Shown here piece after piece: positions 28,484 to 43,854 of a DNA stretch of 64,000 bases. This DNA is from Eledone cirrhosa. Lineage: Eukaryota. A model generated the notes under the pieces. That model was not told the DNA's origin, did not search any database, and saw only the letters and a program-made list of their open reading frames with translations. A program made the translations under genes and the position numbers. The stretch is taken from contig OZ024763.1 of assembly GCA_964016885.1 (NCBI GenBank), positions 29,512,001 to 29,576,000 of the forward strand. Direction: 5' to 3'. Each line of letters begins with the position of its first letter. The stretch's first letter is position 1.

Positions 28484-28686
28484 ATGTGTGTGTGTGTGTG
28501 TATAGACTTAAATATATAGATACATACGTATGGATATGTATACACATACAGGTATAGATATATATATAAATAGTATGCATATATACGTGTATATATACAT
28601 ATGTAATGGTGTATATATTATATACATAATAAAAAATGCATTTTATTTTATATATATATATATATATATATATTATTATTATTATA

Positions 28687-28719
<33 letters not shown>

Positions 28720-28736
28720 TTGCATCTGTTATTTTA

Positions 28737-28797
<61 letters not shown>

Positions 28798-28934
28798 TAT
28801 TTGTATATACATATTTATATACAGATATACATGTATAAATATACACATTTACACTGACACACACACATATACTCATGAAAATATATATACAAGGACATGT
28901 AACTAGTGATGTACTGTCTAGAGTATGTAAGAAA

Positions 28935-29790
28935 TTTTATTAGGATGTTGGACGGCCTAACGGTCATGAGCTTATGAGTTCGATTCCTGGCTCGCGCTGC
29001 GGTTGTCTTCTTGAGCAAAATACTCTATAACCCTTTTGTCGGTATTTGCAACCGTTAACTGATACCTCCAATGGAAAGACCAATGGAAACCTTATTTCCT
29101 TGCTCTGATCTGATGATCGGTTCGTTTCTTCTGCCAGAAGTTTTGACTTACAGATAATACCTCCAATAGAAAAACCAATGGATATATCGTTTCCTTGGTC
29201 TGATTTCAAAATCATCGCCGTTCTTCTTCCAGGAGTTGTGACCAACAGATAGTATCTCCAATAGAAAGAGCAACGGAAGCATCGTTTCCTCGGTCTGATC
29301 TGATGATAAACTCCTCTTTCTCCCAAGAGTTGTAACTAACAGATAGTATCTCCAATAGAATGTCCAATGGAAACGTCGTTTCCTTGGTCTGATCTGATGA
29401 TAAGCGCCTCTCCTCTCCCAAGAGTTGTGACCAACAGATAGTATCAGCAATGTAAAGATCAACAGAAACATAATTTCTTTGGTCTGATCTGATGATCAGC
29501 TCCTTTCTTCTGCCAGGATTTCTAACTAACATATAGTATCAGCAACGGAAAGACCAACAGAAACATTATTTCCTTGGTTTGATCTGATGATCAGCTCCTT
29601 TCTGCCAGAAGTTGTGACCAACAGATATCAAAAAGGTAAAGACAAATGGAAACATTGTTTGCCTGGACCAATCTAATGATAAGCTCCTTTCTTCTGCCAA
29701 GAATTGTGACCAAGAGATAGTATCAACACGGGAAAGACCAATGTAAACATTGTTTCCCTTTCTCAGATCTAACGATTTCGTCCTTTTCTA
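28935..29790 (+). mobile_element. SINE family B head followed by about eight tandem ~95-bp copies of its 3' tail
   Basis: GAGTTCGATTCC and TTCTTGAGCAAAATAC head; unit AGATAGTATC..GAAAGACCAATGGAAAC..GTTTCCTTGGTCTGATCTGATGA matches the tail of 17643-17864. Confidence 0.8.
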
Positions 29791-29859
29791 AAATCATTAA
29801 GCTTTAAATAACCAGAGAAAGTGTGACCCTTCTTCTATTGAAAATATTTTGACTTTTAG

Positions 29860-29927
29860 AAGGAATGGGATCGATTCCTTTTGATATATCGATACATGTA
29901 TGAAGATCTTTGTTTTAAATCGATCAG
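29860..29927 (+). CDS. Candidate small exon, unidentified
   Basis: TTTTGACTTTTAG acceptor, KEWDRFLLIYRYMYEDLCFKSI, CAG/GTATGA donor. Confidence 0.15.
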
Positions 29928-30607
29928 GTATGAGAAAGATATCTGAATGTTTCAGAAGAGCTCTGAATGTATGGATATTCTGTAAGTTTAATATTGTTAT
30001 GGTGTAGTGAGCTAGGCAGGTTGTTGTTGTTGGTGGTGGTGGTGGTGTTGGTCTTCATGGTTGTGGTGGTGATGAAATTGTTGCTGTAGTTGTTGATGTT
30101 GTTGTTATTGGTGGTGGTGTTGATGTTATTGTTGTTGGTGGTGTTGATGTTGTTGTTGGTGGTGTTAATGCTGTTGTTGTTGCTGGTGCTGATGTTGTTG
30201 TTGGTGGTGTTGATGTTGCTGTTGTTGGTAGTGGTGCTGATGTTGTTGTTGGTGGTGTTGATGATGCTGATGGTGGGGGTATTGATGGTGTTATTGGTGG
30301 TGGTGGCGTTGATGCTGGAGATGGTGCCATTGGCTGTGGTTGATTTTTTTTCTTGTTGGTGGTGATATTGTTGTGTGTTGTTGTTGTTGTTGTTGTTGTT
30401 GCTGGTGGTGGTGGTGATGTTGAAGGTTTGCTGTTGGGGGTAATGGCTGTGGGGTGTGATGGTATGGTGGGGGTGGTCGTAGCGATGATGCTTGTGTATT
30501 ATGGGGTGTAAGGAAGGTGGTGATGGTGGTAATGGTTGTGTACGGTGTAATGGTGTGGTGGAGGTATTGGTAACGTTGTTTGGTTTACTATAATTACGTT
30601 AAGATTG

Positions 30608-30657
<50 letters not shown>

Positions 30658-31045
30658 CAGGTTATTATTTAATAGACCTTTACGAACATCATAAAACTTT
30701 ATTTAGATGAAAACAGAAAGCTTAGCCATCTAGAATTGAAATAAAAATTAGGGTAATTAATTTAGTTTGTTAATTACGTTACGTCAATAGCGCTTACTAT
30801 CAATTGTTTTTCAATCGCATTCAAATTACTTTGAATGTTAAGACAAAGGATACGCTCTTCCTTTTGTACATATAAACATATCTTCCAACGTACTTTTACA
30901 CACACACAAACACACACACATACACATACACACATATATATATATGTATGTATGTATGTAAAAGTTAAACAGAAATAAAAACACAATCGGTTCAGTATAT
31001 GGAAGGGATATATTAGGTTAACGCTTGAAATAGCAGGAAGAGGGG

Positions 31046-31079
31046 CTTGACGTTTCGGACACTAATCCTTCATCAGAAG
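31046..31079 (-). ncRNA. Minimal type I hammerhead ribozyme (Penelope-like, dimer type), family H3
   Basis: Reverse complement CTT-CTGATGA-A-GGA-TTAGTG-TCC-GAAAC-GTC-AAG: full core, 3-bp stems I and II, palindromic ACGT stem III. Confidence 0.8.
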
Positions 31080-31323
31080 TAAGAATGAGAAATAAGATAA
31101 GGGTTGGAATTGGAAAAAATGTCTTTAGATAAAAATAACAGGTCCATTATATTGTTATACTTGGGGAGGGTCATATTGTTATAATATTGCCAGAAATAAT
31201 AATAGAACACACTCACTGTTTTGTTTGGATTGGCTTTCGCTTCTCTATCTTTTATATCTTCATAGTTAATTTATCTGGCAATCAATGTTTATCATTGATT
31301 GACCAACGGTAAAAAATACAGAC

Positions 31324-31492
<169 letters not shown>

Positions 31493-31933
31493 ATCAAAGT
31501 TCTATCGTCACACATCTGTGACATCATCAGTGGTACTCTCATGTTTCCACACGTTGTATTGTAATGCCTACGCCATTTTTATTTTCATTTATATTTAATT
31601 AATTTATTTATTAACAGTAGTAATAAAAAAAAAATAGTACCAGTAGTAGTAGTAATAGTAGTAATAGTAATAGTAGTAGTAATAGTAAAAGTAGTAGTAG
31701 TAGTAGTTGCAGTAGTTGTTGTTGTAGTAGTAATATTAGTAGTAGCACTAGTAATTGTAGTATTAGCAGTATGCAATGTAAAAAGCCGCTCAGTTATGGC
31801 AGGCCCCCTATGCCCTAAACAAACCCGTGACCTAACCTCTACTAGGCCAAACAATTAATGGTCCATCACATACTTCATATTGGCTCATTAGTTTCACATT
31901 GGTGAGTAGATCGTTGGTGTATCCCTCACCAGT

Positions 31934-31986
<53 letters not shown>

Positions 31987-31993
31987 ATACATA

Positions 31994-32078
<85 letters not shown>

Positions 32079-32195
32079 TAGATAAATACATATATACACA
32101 TACATATATAATACATATAGATGGATGCATGTATATATATAGAGAGATAGATACATATATATATATATATGTGTACATATATGTGTGTATGTATG

Positions 32196-32242
<47 letters not shown>

Positions 32243-32280
32243 TATGTAAAAGGTAAGTGTGTGTGTGTGTGTGTGTATGC

Positions 32281-32327
<47 letters not shown>

Positions 32328-32378
32328 ATTTAATATAGATGAGATTCTACAGAACTAGAACTGTTTCATTCTTTAGAA

Positions 32379-32435
32379 ATGAGATTCCTGATGATTTCTA
32401 AAGAATGAAACAGTTCTAGTCCTGTAGAATCTCAT
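32379..32435 (+). ncRNA. Type I hammerhead ribozyme, family H2, GUA cleavage triplet
   Basis: ATGAGATTC-CTGATGA-TTTC-TAAA-GAAT-GAA-ACAG-TTCTAGTC-CTGT-A-GAATCTCAT: 9-bp stem I, 4-bp stem III, stem II with U-U at its base; inside the inverted repeat 32329-32445. Confidence 0.75.
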
Positions 32436-32496
32436 CTATATTAAAATGTTTATACTCTGCAATGTATTGAGTACCTCCGATTCAACCCGGAATAAC

Positions 32497-32596
<100 letters not shown>

Positions 32597-32609
32597 AGAA
32601 TGCATACAG

Positions 32610-32725
32610 TAAAAACCTGTGAGCCCAGAGTACTAAATACTTGGGGTAGTAGAGTGTGACTGTATGAAAGAGTCGCGACCCCGACGACTGAGCACTTACC
32701 GTTTCAAGAGCTAGTTCCTGGTAAA
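32610..32725 (-). mobile_element. Diverged HHR family H1 fragment
   Basis: Reverse complement GAAACGGTAAGTGCTCAGTCGTCGGGGTC...CACTCTACTACCCCAAGTATTTAGTACT. Confidence 0.6.
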
Positions 32726-33250
32726 CAAAACTATTAAGCTTCCCCAACCCATTCTTGTATCTCAAGGCTCCGTGGTGGGGCCCCTTCTCTATATTTTGGA
32801 CATCATAATCCTCTACAAGGACAACAAAATCTGAATCTTTGAAGATGATATCCAAGCACCAGAATGTCACCAATTGTAAGGAAGACCAGGCAGGCAATCA
32901 ATCCAATTTGGTAGATGTTGTCCAATAGGCGGGAAAAGAATAATAGTTTGATGATAACCGAGGAACATTTTCAGTTTACATATTTCGGAAAAGAGGATGT
33001 ATTTAAAGTATCATATTCTCTCCTCTTTAGCGAAACTCTCGTGAGAGCCCACGAGCCTAAAGTCCTTGGAATAATATATATACATATAAGTTAATATAAA
33101 TGAATATGTGTGCTTTGTGTAATATATATTGATGTAAAGACAAATAAATATGAATTTACATATCCACACGTATGTGTTCACACACACGCACAAATCTCTC
33201 TCTCTCTATATATATATATAGCAATGCATCACTTTTTTATATTTAAGTGT

Positions 33251-33311
<61 letters not shown>

Positions 33312-33625
33312 GAAATGAGGCAAGTGAAGAGCAAGAAACTATATAAGGATATATGACCTGTGTAAAGGGTTTATGGGAAAATCGTGTTGTAATTGCATAG
33401 AACATATATAATTACATCTGTGTATATGAGGGAAATATAGATATTCTCAACACTAAGCTTGTAACTAAAATATTTATCAATATACAGACACGTAGAGATC
33501 GCCGAACCCTACCAAACCTTCATCTACATTGAAAGCGCATAAGCACATGCTCACACTTACATTCGCTCACACTTACATTCGCTCACACACACACACGCAC
33601 ACACACACCCACACGCACAAACACG

Positions 33626-33730
<105 letters not shown>

Positions 33731-33892
33731 GAGTATTCATAACCCTAAAAATCTTTCTATCTATCCATTTAGCTATCTATTCTTTATTTATCCAGCTATC
33801 TATTATATCTCTTCTGATAAATTTCGTAATATATATCTATGCATACTCACATATACGCCTGTACACACACACACGCACGCACACATACACAC

Positions 33893-33952
<60 letters not shown>

Positions 33953-33975
33953 TCACGCACACACACACGCACACG

Positions 33976-34054
<79 letters not shown>

Positions 34055-34161
34055 TTTCACTTATACATACATTTATCTACCAATTTACATTTTGCTACTC
34101 CATTGCCAAAAAATATATATGTATATATATGTTATGAATATATATATATATATTCATATTA

Positions 34162-34214
<53 letters not shown>

Positions 34215-34363
34215 TATGAATATATATATATATATACATATGTATATATATATATATACATTCATAAAAGTCTTTTCCCAATTCATATGAGTTTGATATG
34301 AAGCGGCCACATACACACACACACATACAAACACCTATATACATGTGTGTGTGTGAGTGCGTG

Positions 34364-34404
<41 letters not shown>

Positions 34405-34628
34405 ATGTATGAATAAACCTCATTTCAGAGAGAGAAAGCCTACAACGTTACATATTCGTGTGATAGGGTGTGTATATAGTTATGCGATTTTGCTTATATG
34501 CATAATTTCATTAATAGTATTATTACTCTTAACAACAACAACAACAACAAGAACAACAACAACAGCAGCAGTAATATCAATTAGCAATAACACCACCACC
34601 ACCACCACGAACAACAACATTAATAATG

Positions 34629-34667
<39 letters not shown>

Positions 34668-34850
34668 GTAATGTGTAAGAATAATAAATTATGGAGTTGG
34701 ATGGAAAAATGGAAAAAAAACCTATTGGAAACAAGAAGACTGCGTTGATAATTTCCCCTGAGTAGCCATAAAACTGTAATAAAGTCCACTTAGGTTTTTT
34801 CGAAACTGATTGAATAATACCAATATTAATAACAAACATCGATAGTAGTA

Positions 34851-34892
<42 letters not shown>

Positions 34893-35027
34893 GTAATAAT
34901 AATAGCCATTATGGTAACAGAATATAATTATTTGTTTATTATTTGTATATATATATATATATATATTTGTATATACATATATATATATATATATATATTT
35001 ATTCATAATTTGTTTCATAAATATATG

Positions 35028-35076
<49 letters not shown>

Positions 35077-35511
35077 TTACTAATGACAGTTGTAAAATAT
35101 TAGTGGCAGTAGTAGTAAAAGTAGTAGTAGTAGTAGTAGTAGTAGTTGTAATGGTGCTTTCTTTATTGCCTGAAGGGCAAATGATCAGGACTAAAGGAAA
35201 GTTGGTTAAAATAAATAGATTGCCAATTTATTGATAAACGGTGGGTTAATCCAAATATATGCGTAATGTTATGTAACCACAGTATCAAAATTATTGATTC
35301 CTCATTCAGGCGCAAGATTAATTAATTTGAGGGTAGTGTAAAAGTGTTCATATCAACCCAGTACTCCTCTGGTATAGTAATTTATAGAGCGAGCAAGACT
35401 GAAATTGGGTTCAGTTTATATAGAAGCAGGGCTTTTATTTGATAATCCAACAATAATTAATATGCACCTGCTAGTACACCATGCTGCATGGAGGAGAATC
35501 AACTCCGTTTA

Positions 35512-35702
35512 GTGGTGGATTGGCAGTATTGGTAGAGGGTCGGACCCCATGCTTTGACGCATAGAGTTACGGCCCTTGCCATTCTGAGTTCAAATCCCGC
35601 CGAGAGTAACTTTGCCTTTCATCCTTATGGGGTCGATAAAATAAAGTACCAGTAATGTACTGGATAATTGCTGGCATTTATCCAAAAGTATAAACAACTA
35701 TT
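35512..35702 (+). mobile_element. SINE family A, full length
   Basis: A box, B box, central domain and tail all present. Confidence 0.85.
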
Positions 35703-36440
35703 TAATTATTTATAAGCTTATAAAATGTAGGAATATCCAGCTAGCTGCTATTATGATTAGCAAAGGGGTCTGTTTTAAATTAAACCTCTATAAGAAGCTA
35801 TATTTTAACCCGAACCTTTTGCCATTCATAATAGAAACTGGCTGTCTTACAGCATTTCCGTGCTTGAGATTCTTACATTTTTATGATAATATCTAGAAAC
35901 TAATCGTTCTAATTTTCAATTTATTTAATATGTTTATATTTTTATACTTTCAAAGAAACCCCTTGAAAAGAGTATTGCATGCCTTAATTTACTGAGATGG
36001 TCAATACTGTTTCGTCATTTTCGAAACAGCAGTCAGGAAGAAAAATGCGAGTGAATTTTTCTTCGATTCTTTGGCTTTACTAGCAATCTACCCGTCCGGT
36101 AACATTGCATAAGATATTCTATATGTATATGCTTCTCTAAATAAGATATATTCTGGCTATTTATCATTGAGATATTCTGTATATTAGTAACACAAACAGT
36201 CGAAATACCAGAGTAACAAGACTCACTATTTAGCTTTAATGATATGAATAATAAAACTCTACATCGGTATTGAGTCCTCTTTTTATTCAGCAGTAAAGTA
36301 TGTACAGTATATTATTCTATTCCTCTCTCTCTCACTATATATATATATATATATTGGCAAAGTAAGAAACAAATACAATAACAAAGAGTGCAGTAAGAAC
36401 AGTGTTGGTATTAGGTTGACGCTTGAGAGTGGGGGGGGGG

Positions 36441-36471
36441 GACGTTTCGAGCATGAGCCCTTCATCAGAAG
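36441..36471 (-). ncRNA. Minimal hammerhead ribozyme, family H3, stem I disrupted
   Basis: Reverse complement CTT-CTGATGA-A-GGGC-TCAT-GCTC-GAAAC-GTC then poly-C; flank TATTAGGTT(G/A)ACGCTTGA shared with 31011-31028. Confidence 0.65.
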
Positions 36472-36606
36472 AAAGGTGGGAACGAAAAGAGTTCCGACGG
36501 TGTGACGGGGGGGGGGGGGGGGGGGGAAATTAAAATAAAGGGAAAAAAATTAAAATGAAAACAAGTGGTGAAAGGGTGTGAGGCGTGTAGAGGTCGTGGG
36601 TGGATA

Positions 36607-36639
<33 letters not shown>

Positions 36640-36663
36640 ATATGTATGCATGTATGTATGTAT

Positions 36664-37258
36664 GTCAGGTCACCAGTTGGTGCTACTGGTAACATGTATC
36701 TCAGTACAACCTGTCTCATGGTCGGGTCGTTGGCGACTAAACTGGCAACCCCACCAAGGGTGACTTTGGACATCCTGCAGGACTAAAAACAAAACCTGTC
36801 AAAGGGCAAAGGAGCTCTTAAGAGTCAATGGCCATCCAAAATCACCGGGAGAGATGACCCCTTAGCCTTTGTCAAGGCAGAATTCTAGGAGAAGGAAAAT
36901 TCTGATATAACACCTGCAACCCTGATGGTATCCAATGATGTTAACTTGTTCTTCTTTTTGGTAAAAATCATCTTGGTTAAGAGAGTGGGACTGGCTTTGT
37001 GCAGTGCCTTTGCTCACTATAAAAGCTTCACGGCACAGGCATTGCTTTATATCTGGAGATCTCTCTGCACTTGTTGTCACATGGTACCAAGAGCCCAGCA
37101 CTATGCGTCAGTAATTGTCACAAGTGTAGTGTTTGTACCAGACTTTTCAAGTCGCTGGCTGGACTAAAAAGTCACACTCGTTCAGCGCTTCGGTAGAGGT
37201 TCTCCTACATGGATATAAAGTAGTGGCCGTACTCGAAAACGAGCTGGCAGCCACCATG
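36664..37258 (+). mobile_element. ~600-bp non-autonomous RTE-related element with a C2H2 finger remnant
   Basis: CTAGGAGAAGGAAAATTCTGAT resembles RTE 5' UTR motifs; 37116-37196 translates CHKCSVCTRLFKSLAGLKSHTRSALR*; second diverged copy at 6062-6483. Confidence 0.6.
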
Positions 37259-37442
37259 TATACACACACACACACATATATACATACATATATTAAGTTT
37301 TGATTTTTAGTGTCAGTTTTAATAATAATTTCTATATACGACTTTCCTCAACGTATTCAGTACTAAACTGAGTAATGTTCGTATTAATATCAATTAATGA
37401 TACACACACATATATTCACACACGTACATACACACAGATGGT

Positions 37443-37498
<56 letters not shown>

Positions 37499-37599
37499 GA
37501 TAAACACGTGTGTACGTGTATATATTTAAGGGGTTGAGAGCAAAATAAAAACTATCAAAAACTACAGAATAATCACAAAAATAATATATTATTTCTACT

Positions 37600-38118
37600 A
37601 AATCCCGCCGAGGTTAATTTTGCCTTTCATCTTTTCGGGGTCGATAAAATAAAGTACCAGTAATGTGCTGGGTATTTTGCTGGCCTTGTACCTAAAGTAG
37701 AAACAATTATTTCTACTATATGCACAAGAGAGGGGAAAGTCGATTAATTCGACCCCAGTGCATCACTGGTACTTTATTTCATCGACGCTGTAAGGGTGAA
37801 GGGCAAAGTTAACCTCGGTTGGATTTGAACTCAGATCATAAATGGCCATAACTCTATGCTGCAAAGCATGGTGTCCGACGCTCTACCAACTCTGCCAATA
37901 GATCACCCTAATAATGATAATAATGATAATAATTATTTCTACTTTTGGCACAAGGCCAGCAATTATCCCAGTGCATTACTGGTACTTTATTTTATCGACC
38001 CGTAAGGATGAAAGGCAAAGTTAAACTCGGTGGGATTTGAACTCAGATCATAAATGGCCATAACTCTATGCTGCAAGGCATGGTGTCCGACGCTCTACCA
38101 ACTCTGCCAATTCATCAC
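37600..38118. mobile_element. Cluster of three SINE family A copies: + partial 37600-37718, - 37728-37899, - 37930-38118
   Basis: Central domain on +, then two reverse-complement copies with GGATTTGAACTC (B box). Confidence 0.85.
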
Positions 38119-38250
38119 CCTAATAACGATAATAATGATAATAATAATAATATTTATTGTTGTTGACCTTTCATTAATTTGTATTTTATTGTCTATGAAA
38201 AGTTATTGGTAAAAGCTGTGTTTTGAATATCATATATGTAATTTGTCGGG

Positions 38251-38308
<58 letters not shown>

Positions 38309-38404
38309 AGAGAATACACAGATTGTCTTAAAAGACGGCCTAGGGTTATGACATTCTGACGCCAACACCAGTACATAAAATGGTTTATGGTCTGAACAGA
38401 ACAT

Positions 38405-38472
<68 letters not shown>

Positions 38473-38482
38473 GCACCCCACT

Positions 38483-38516
<34 letters not shown>

Positions 38517-38536
38517 CTGTCTGTCTCCCACTCCCA

Positions 38537-38588
<52 letters not shown>

Positions 38589-38629
38589 CCCACTCTCTAT
38601 CCCTCTTTCTCTCATGCTCTCCCTATCTC

Positions 38630-38696
<67 letters not shown>

Positions 38697-38749
38697 AAGA
38701 CCCGATTACACATTGTTTGTCCGGATATCATTTATACAGATATAAATTT

Positions 38750-39545
<796 letters not shown>

Positions 39546-39630
39546 TATAGATAGATGGATAATTTTATCATATATATATATATATATATAAATTTGTTTG
39601 GGTATGTATTAAATATATATTTTCATGCAT

Positions 39631-39689
<59 letters not shown>

Positions 39690-39880
39690 TGTATGTCGCT
39701 ATGTAATTTATCTGTCTCTGTAGTAACATTTATAACCCCTGATGCCATGCAATCATCGTTATAATTATGCTTAACGACGCATTATTCTCAAAATTTCCTC
39801 TCGTAAAGTCACTAATTAATTTACTACCAAACATTTTCCCCAAACACTTATGTACGCCTACACATCTATGTGTGTCTTTG

Positions 39881-39947
<67 letters not shown>

Positions 39948-40081
39948 ATATATATATTTATATAAATGTAGATATATATAGATATTTAATTATATTGTAA
40001 CTATGTATGTATGTATATATACGAAACTATGTGAGGGGACCTCTGTGTGCGGATATATATATATATACATATATATTTATA

Positions 40082-40118
<37 letters not shown>

Positions 40119-40155
40119 ATATGTATATATATACATATGTATATATATATATAAG

Positions 40156-40238
<83 letters not shown>

Positions 40239-40486
40239 ATATGTATATATATATATATATATATATACACATACATAAATATATATATATATTCGTTTTT
40301 AGTACATCATATTATATCGTCTTAGTATGGATGGATAAGGCATGCTTCACTGCTTATGGCAATCGTACAAACACCAAATTGGTTACGGCCTGTAAGTTCT
40401 GTTGATGTATAATCTATACACTCTATATTAATACACATTCGTCTACATACATCCATAATTACATGTGTATATTTACACACACAAAC

Positions 40487-40554
<68 letters not shown>

Positions 40555-40673
40555 TGTGTGTGTGTGTGTGTGTGTTTGTTTGTATTTATATATACATATA
40601 TATACATATATATATATAGTATTTTCCGTAGTGTTGTAATATGAATATTACACACAGTAGATGGACAGCTCAC

Positions 40674-40788
<115 letters not shown>

Positions 40789-40951
40789 AGTTCCATTGCA
40801 TTAATGGTAATCAACGGAATGACTAACATACCAAGTACTGATATTCATTTTGTTTCATAAAACCCTTGAATTATTTGCTCCATTATGGTCGTTCGTGTAT
40901 GACTGCTCCCAACAATAATATGAATAATAATAATAATATGAATAATATGAA

Positions 40952-41136
40952 TAATTGTTTCTTCTTTTGGCACGAGGCCACCAATTACCCAGTACATTAC
41001 TGGTACTTTGTTTTATCGACCCCGTAAGGATGAAAGGCAAAGTTAACCTTGACGGGATTTGAACTCAGACCGTAAAGGGGCGTAACTATGTTATAAAGCA
41101 TGGCGTCTAAGCCTCTACCGATACTGCCAATTCACT
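40952..41136 (-). mobile_element. SINE family A, full length
   Basis: Reverse complement of A box, B box, central domain and tail. Confidence 0.85.
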
Positions 41137-41138
41137 GC

Positions 41139-41170
<32 letters not shown>

Positions 41171-41179
41171 TATAATAAT

Positions 41180-41770
41180 AATAATAATAATGATTTCTTT
41201 ATTAACCACAAGGGTTTACATAAAGTAGACATTAAGGACAGTGCAGGACAATGCAGGACGGTACAAATGGGCATTTCTGCGTGTAAAAAACAAAAACAGA
41301 GGATGTAACAAAAATAACAATGAAAATAACAATGAAAAATTCCCCAATAGGGGGGAGACTTCGGAGGGACATTTGTGGAGAAAGCCCAGTAAAAAGCCAC
41401 AATGACCCTGACCACCAAGGCAAGTGCCCTCTCCCAGTTTTCCACCTTTAATTTACAGATATATACTCAGAGTAGGCCCATTCACTCGGGCCATTCTTGC
41501 TTCTCTCACCCATCTTTCAACAAAATGCTGGGAAGAGAGCACAATAATAATGATTTCATTTATTGGCCTCAAGGGTCGACATGTAAGGGACAATACAAAG
41601 ACACATACATTGGGGGTTTACAATAAGCTGGATTAAAAGTGCACAATGGCAAGACTAATTTAATAATGAAAATATTTAATAAACTATGTATAAAGATAAC
41701 AAAATAAATTCCCCAATGGGGGGCGCGGACAACCCAGGGGTAACTCAGGAACCCCTCAAATATCCTGAAC
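41180..41770 (-). mobile_element. Two LINE-like 3' end fragments with AATAAA and (ATT)n tails
   Basis: AATAATGATTTC.TTTATT..CC.CAAGGG...AATTCCCCAAT.GGGGG at about 41185 and 41546. Confidence 0.5.
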
Positions 41771-41962
41771 CACCCGATGCTTCTAGGGTATCCTTTAAAA
41801 CCTTCATGCTTCCTGATATCCCGCCTCCATACACACGCACACGTGTATTTCATGACTCATACACTGTTCATTTTCCTGACATTTGTACACTATTCTATGT
41901 ACTATACATGCACCTTTGATGAGTTGTAGTGCACCTGAGCACTGTACACAATAATTTCATGT
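41765..41962 (+). mobile_element. Possible CR1-like LINE 3' end
   Basis: Ends GAGTTGTAGTGCACCTGAGCACTGTACACAATAATTTCAT with a GTGC/GCAC hairpin; family assignment from recall only. Confidence 0.35.
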
Positions 41963-42409
41963 TTACTATTAACAAGGCAAACTTGGATTAATATTTAATC
42001 TCATAAAAAGATTATACCGAGATTGATGTCAGAAAGTTTCTGAGATAGACTCAAGTTAAACTTAAACGAATAAATACACGACGTACATAAACCCACGTAT
42101 GGCCATCATGTCTGAAATGACAACTCGGAGTAAATTCTCCATTGTGTAAGTGGTTGGCGTCTACAGGAATTGTGGATTGGTGTGTGGTTTGAGAAAGATT
42201 TAGCTATGATATTTAAGAAGGCGATGCGAAGAATTTTTTTCTGTAACTAATTAGGAATCGATTTCAAAGCAAGCTGGTGACAAGTTAATTGCCTGTTATG
42301 AGCACACGTCATTCGAAACCTACGGCCTCGTACCATTCTATCACCAGTTCAGCTAATTAAATGATGACTAATTACGTGTCACCTAATTAATTTTTATATA
42401 TATATATAT

Positions 42410-42509
<100 letters not shown>

Positions 42510-42637
42510 GAATATATATAATATTTTTTTTATTTAATATTATTTTTTAATCAAGGCCAAGTCTATGGCGAAATACCACGAACGTCAACATTTATTGTGC
42601 GACAAAGAATATTTTCCAAACTTTAACATTTAAAGCC

Positions 42638-42685
<48 letters not shown>

Positions 42686-42992
42686 CACTTATATATATGC
42701 ACACACACACACACTTATATATATGCACACACACACACACACAACGCTGTCCACCCAGCATAAAAGCACCAGCGCAGCTTTCATTTTTTCTCTCTAAACT
42801 CCTTTCATATTGTTTTAAATTATCCAGTACGTTCTTCCATATACACAGATATATATATATGTGTGTGTATATATAATATATATATATATATATACATATA
42901 TATATGACCTACACACACAAACAAACACACATCTGTATATATATATATATATACATACACATATGTATATATATAGAGGTAGATACATACAT

Positions 42993-43079
<87 letters not shown>

Positions 43080-43283
43080 CTTTACTTTCACTTTCAAAAT
43101 AAATGATTAATCAGTGGTTAATTTTCCTAATTACTTCCCCTTTGTTTTGAGATTATTTATTTCATTTTATGTTGTTTGCTATGTATAAGTGTCTTTGTTT
43201 TAGGACATTCTGTAAGGAGGGTTTGTGGGAAAGTGTTATATTTGTCCCCATGGGTCGCTTTTCAAACACCATCATATATATAA

Positions 43284-43319
<36 letters not shown>

Positions 43320-43352
43320 GCAAATATATGTATAGATATATATATATACAAA

Positions 43353-43412
<60 letters not shown>

Positions 43413-43558
43413 AATATATGTATATATATATATATATTTATATACAAATATATGTATATATATATATATTTATATACAAATATATGTATATATATATATA
43501 CATATACATATATGTATAAGTATATTTATACATACACACACACATATATATATATAAT

Positions 43559-43703
<145 letters not shown>

Positions 43704-43743
43704 TATATATATATATATATATAATTATATATATATATATATA

Positions 43744-43792
<49 letters not shown>

Positions 43793-43817
43793 ATATACGT
43801 ATATTTATATATATATG

Positions 43818-43854
<37 letters not shown>

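Noticed and set aside
29100-29700. Repeated CTGATGA ... GAAAC as a tandem hammerhead array, or TGATGA...CTGA as C/D snoRNAs
   Set aside because: No stem II closes between the motifs, no stem I or terminal stem forms, and the unit aligns to the SINE B tail, where the equivalent sequence is CCGATTTGACGA.
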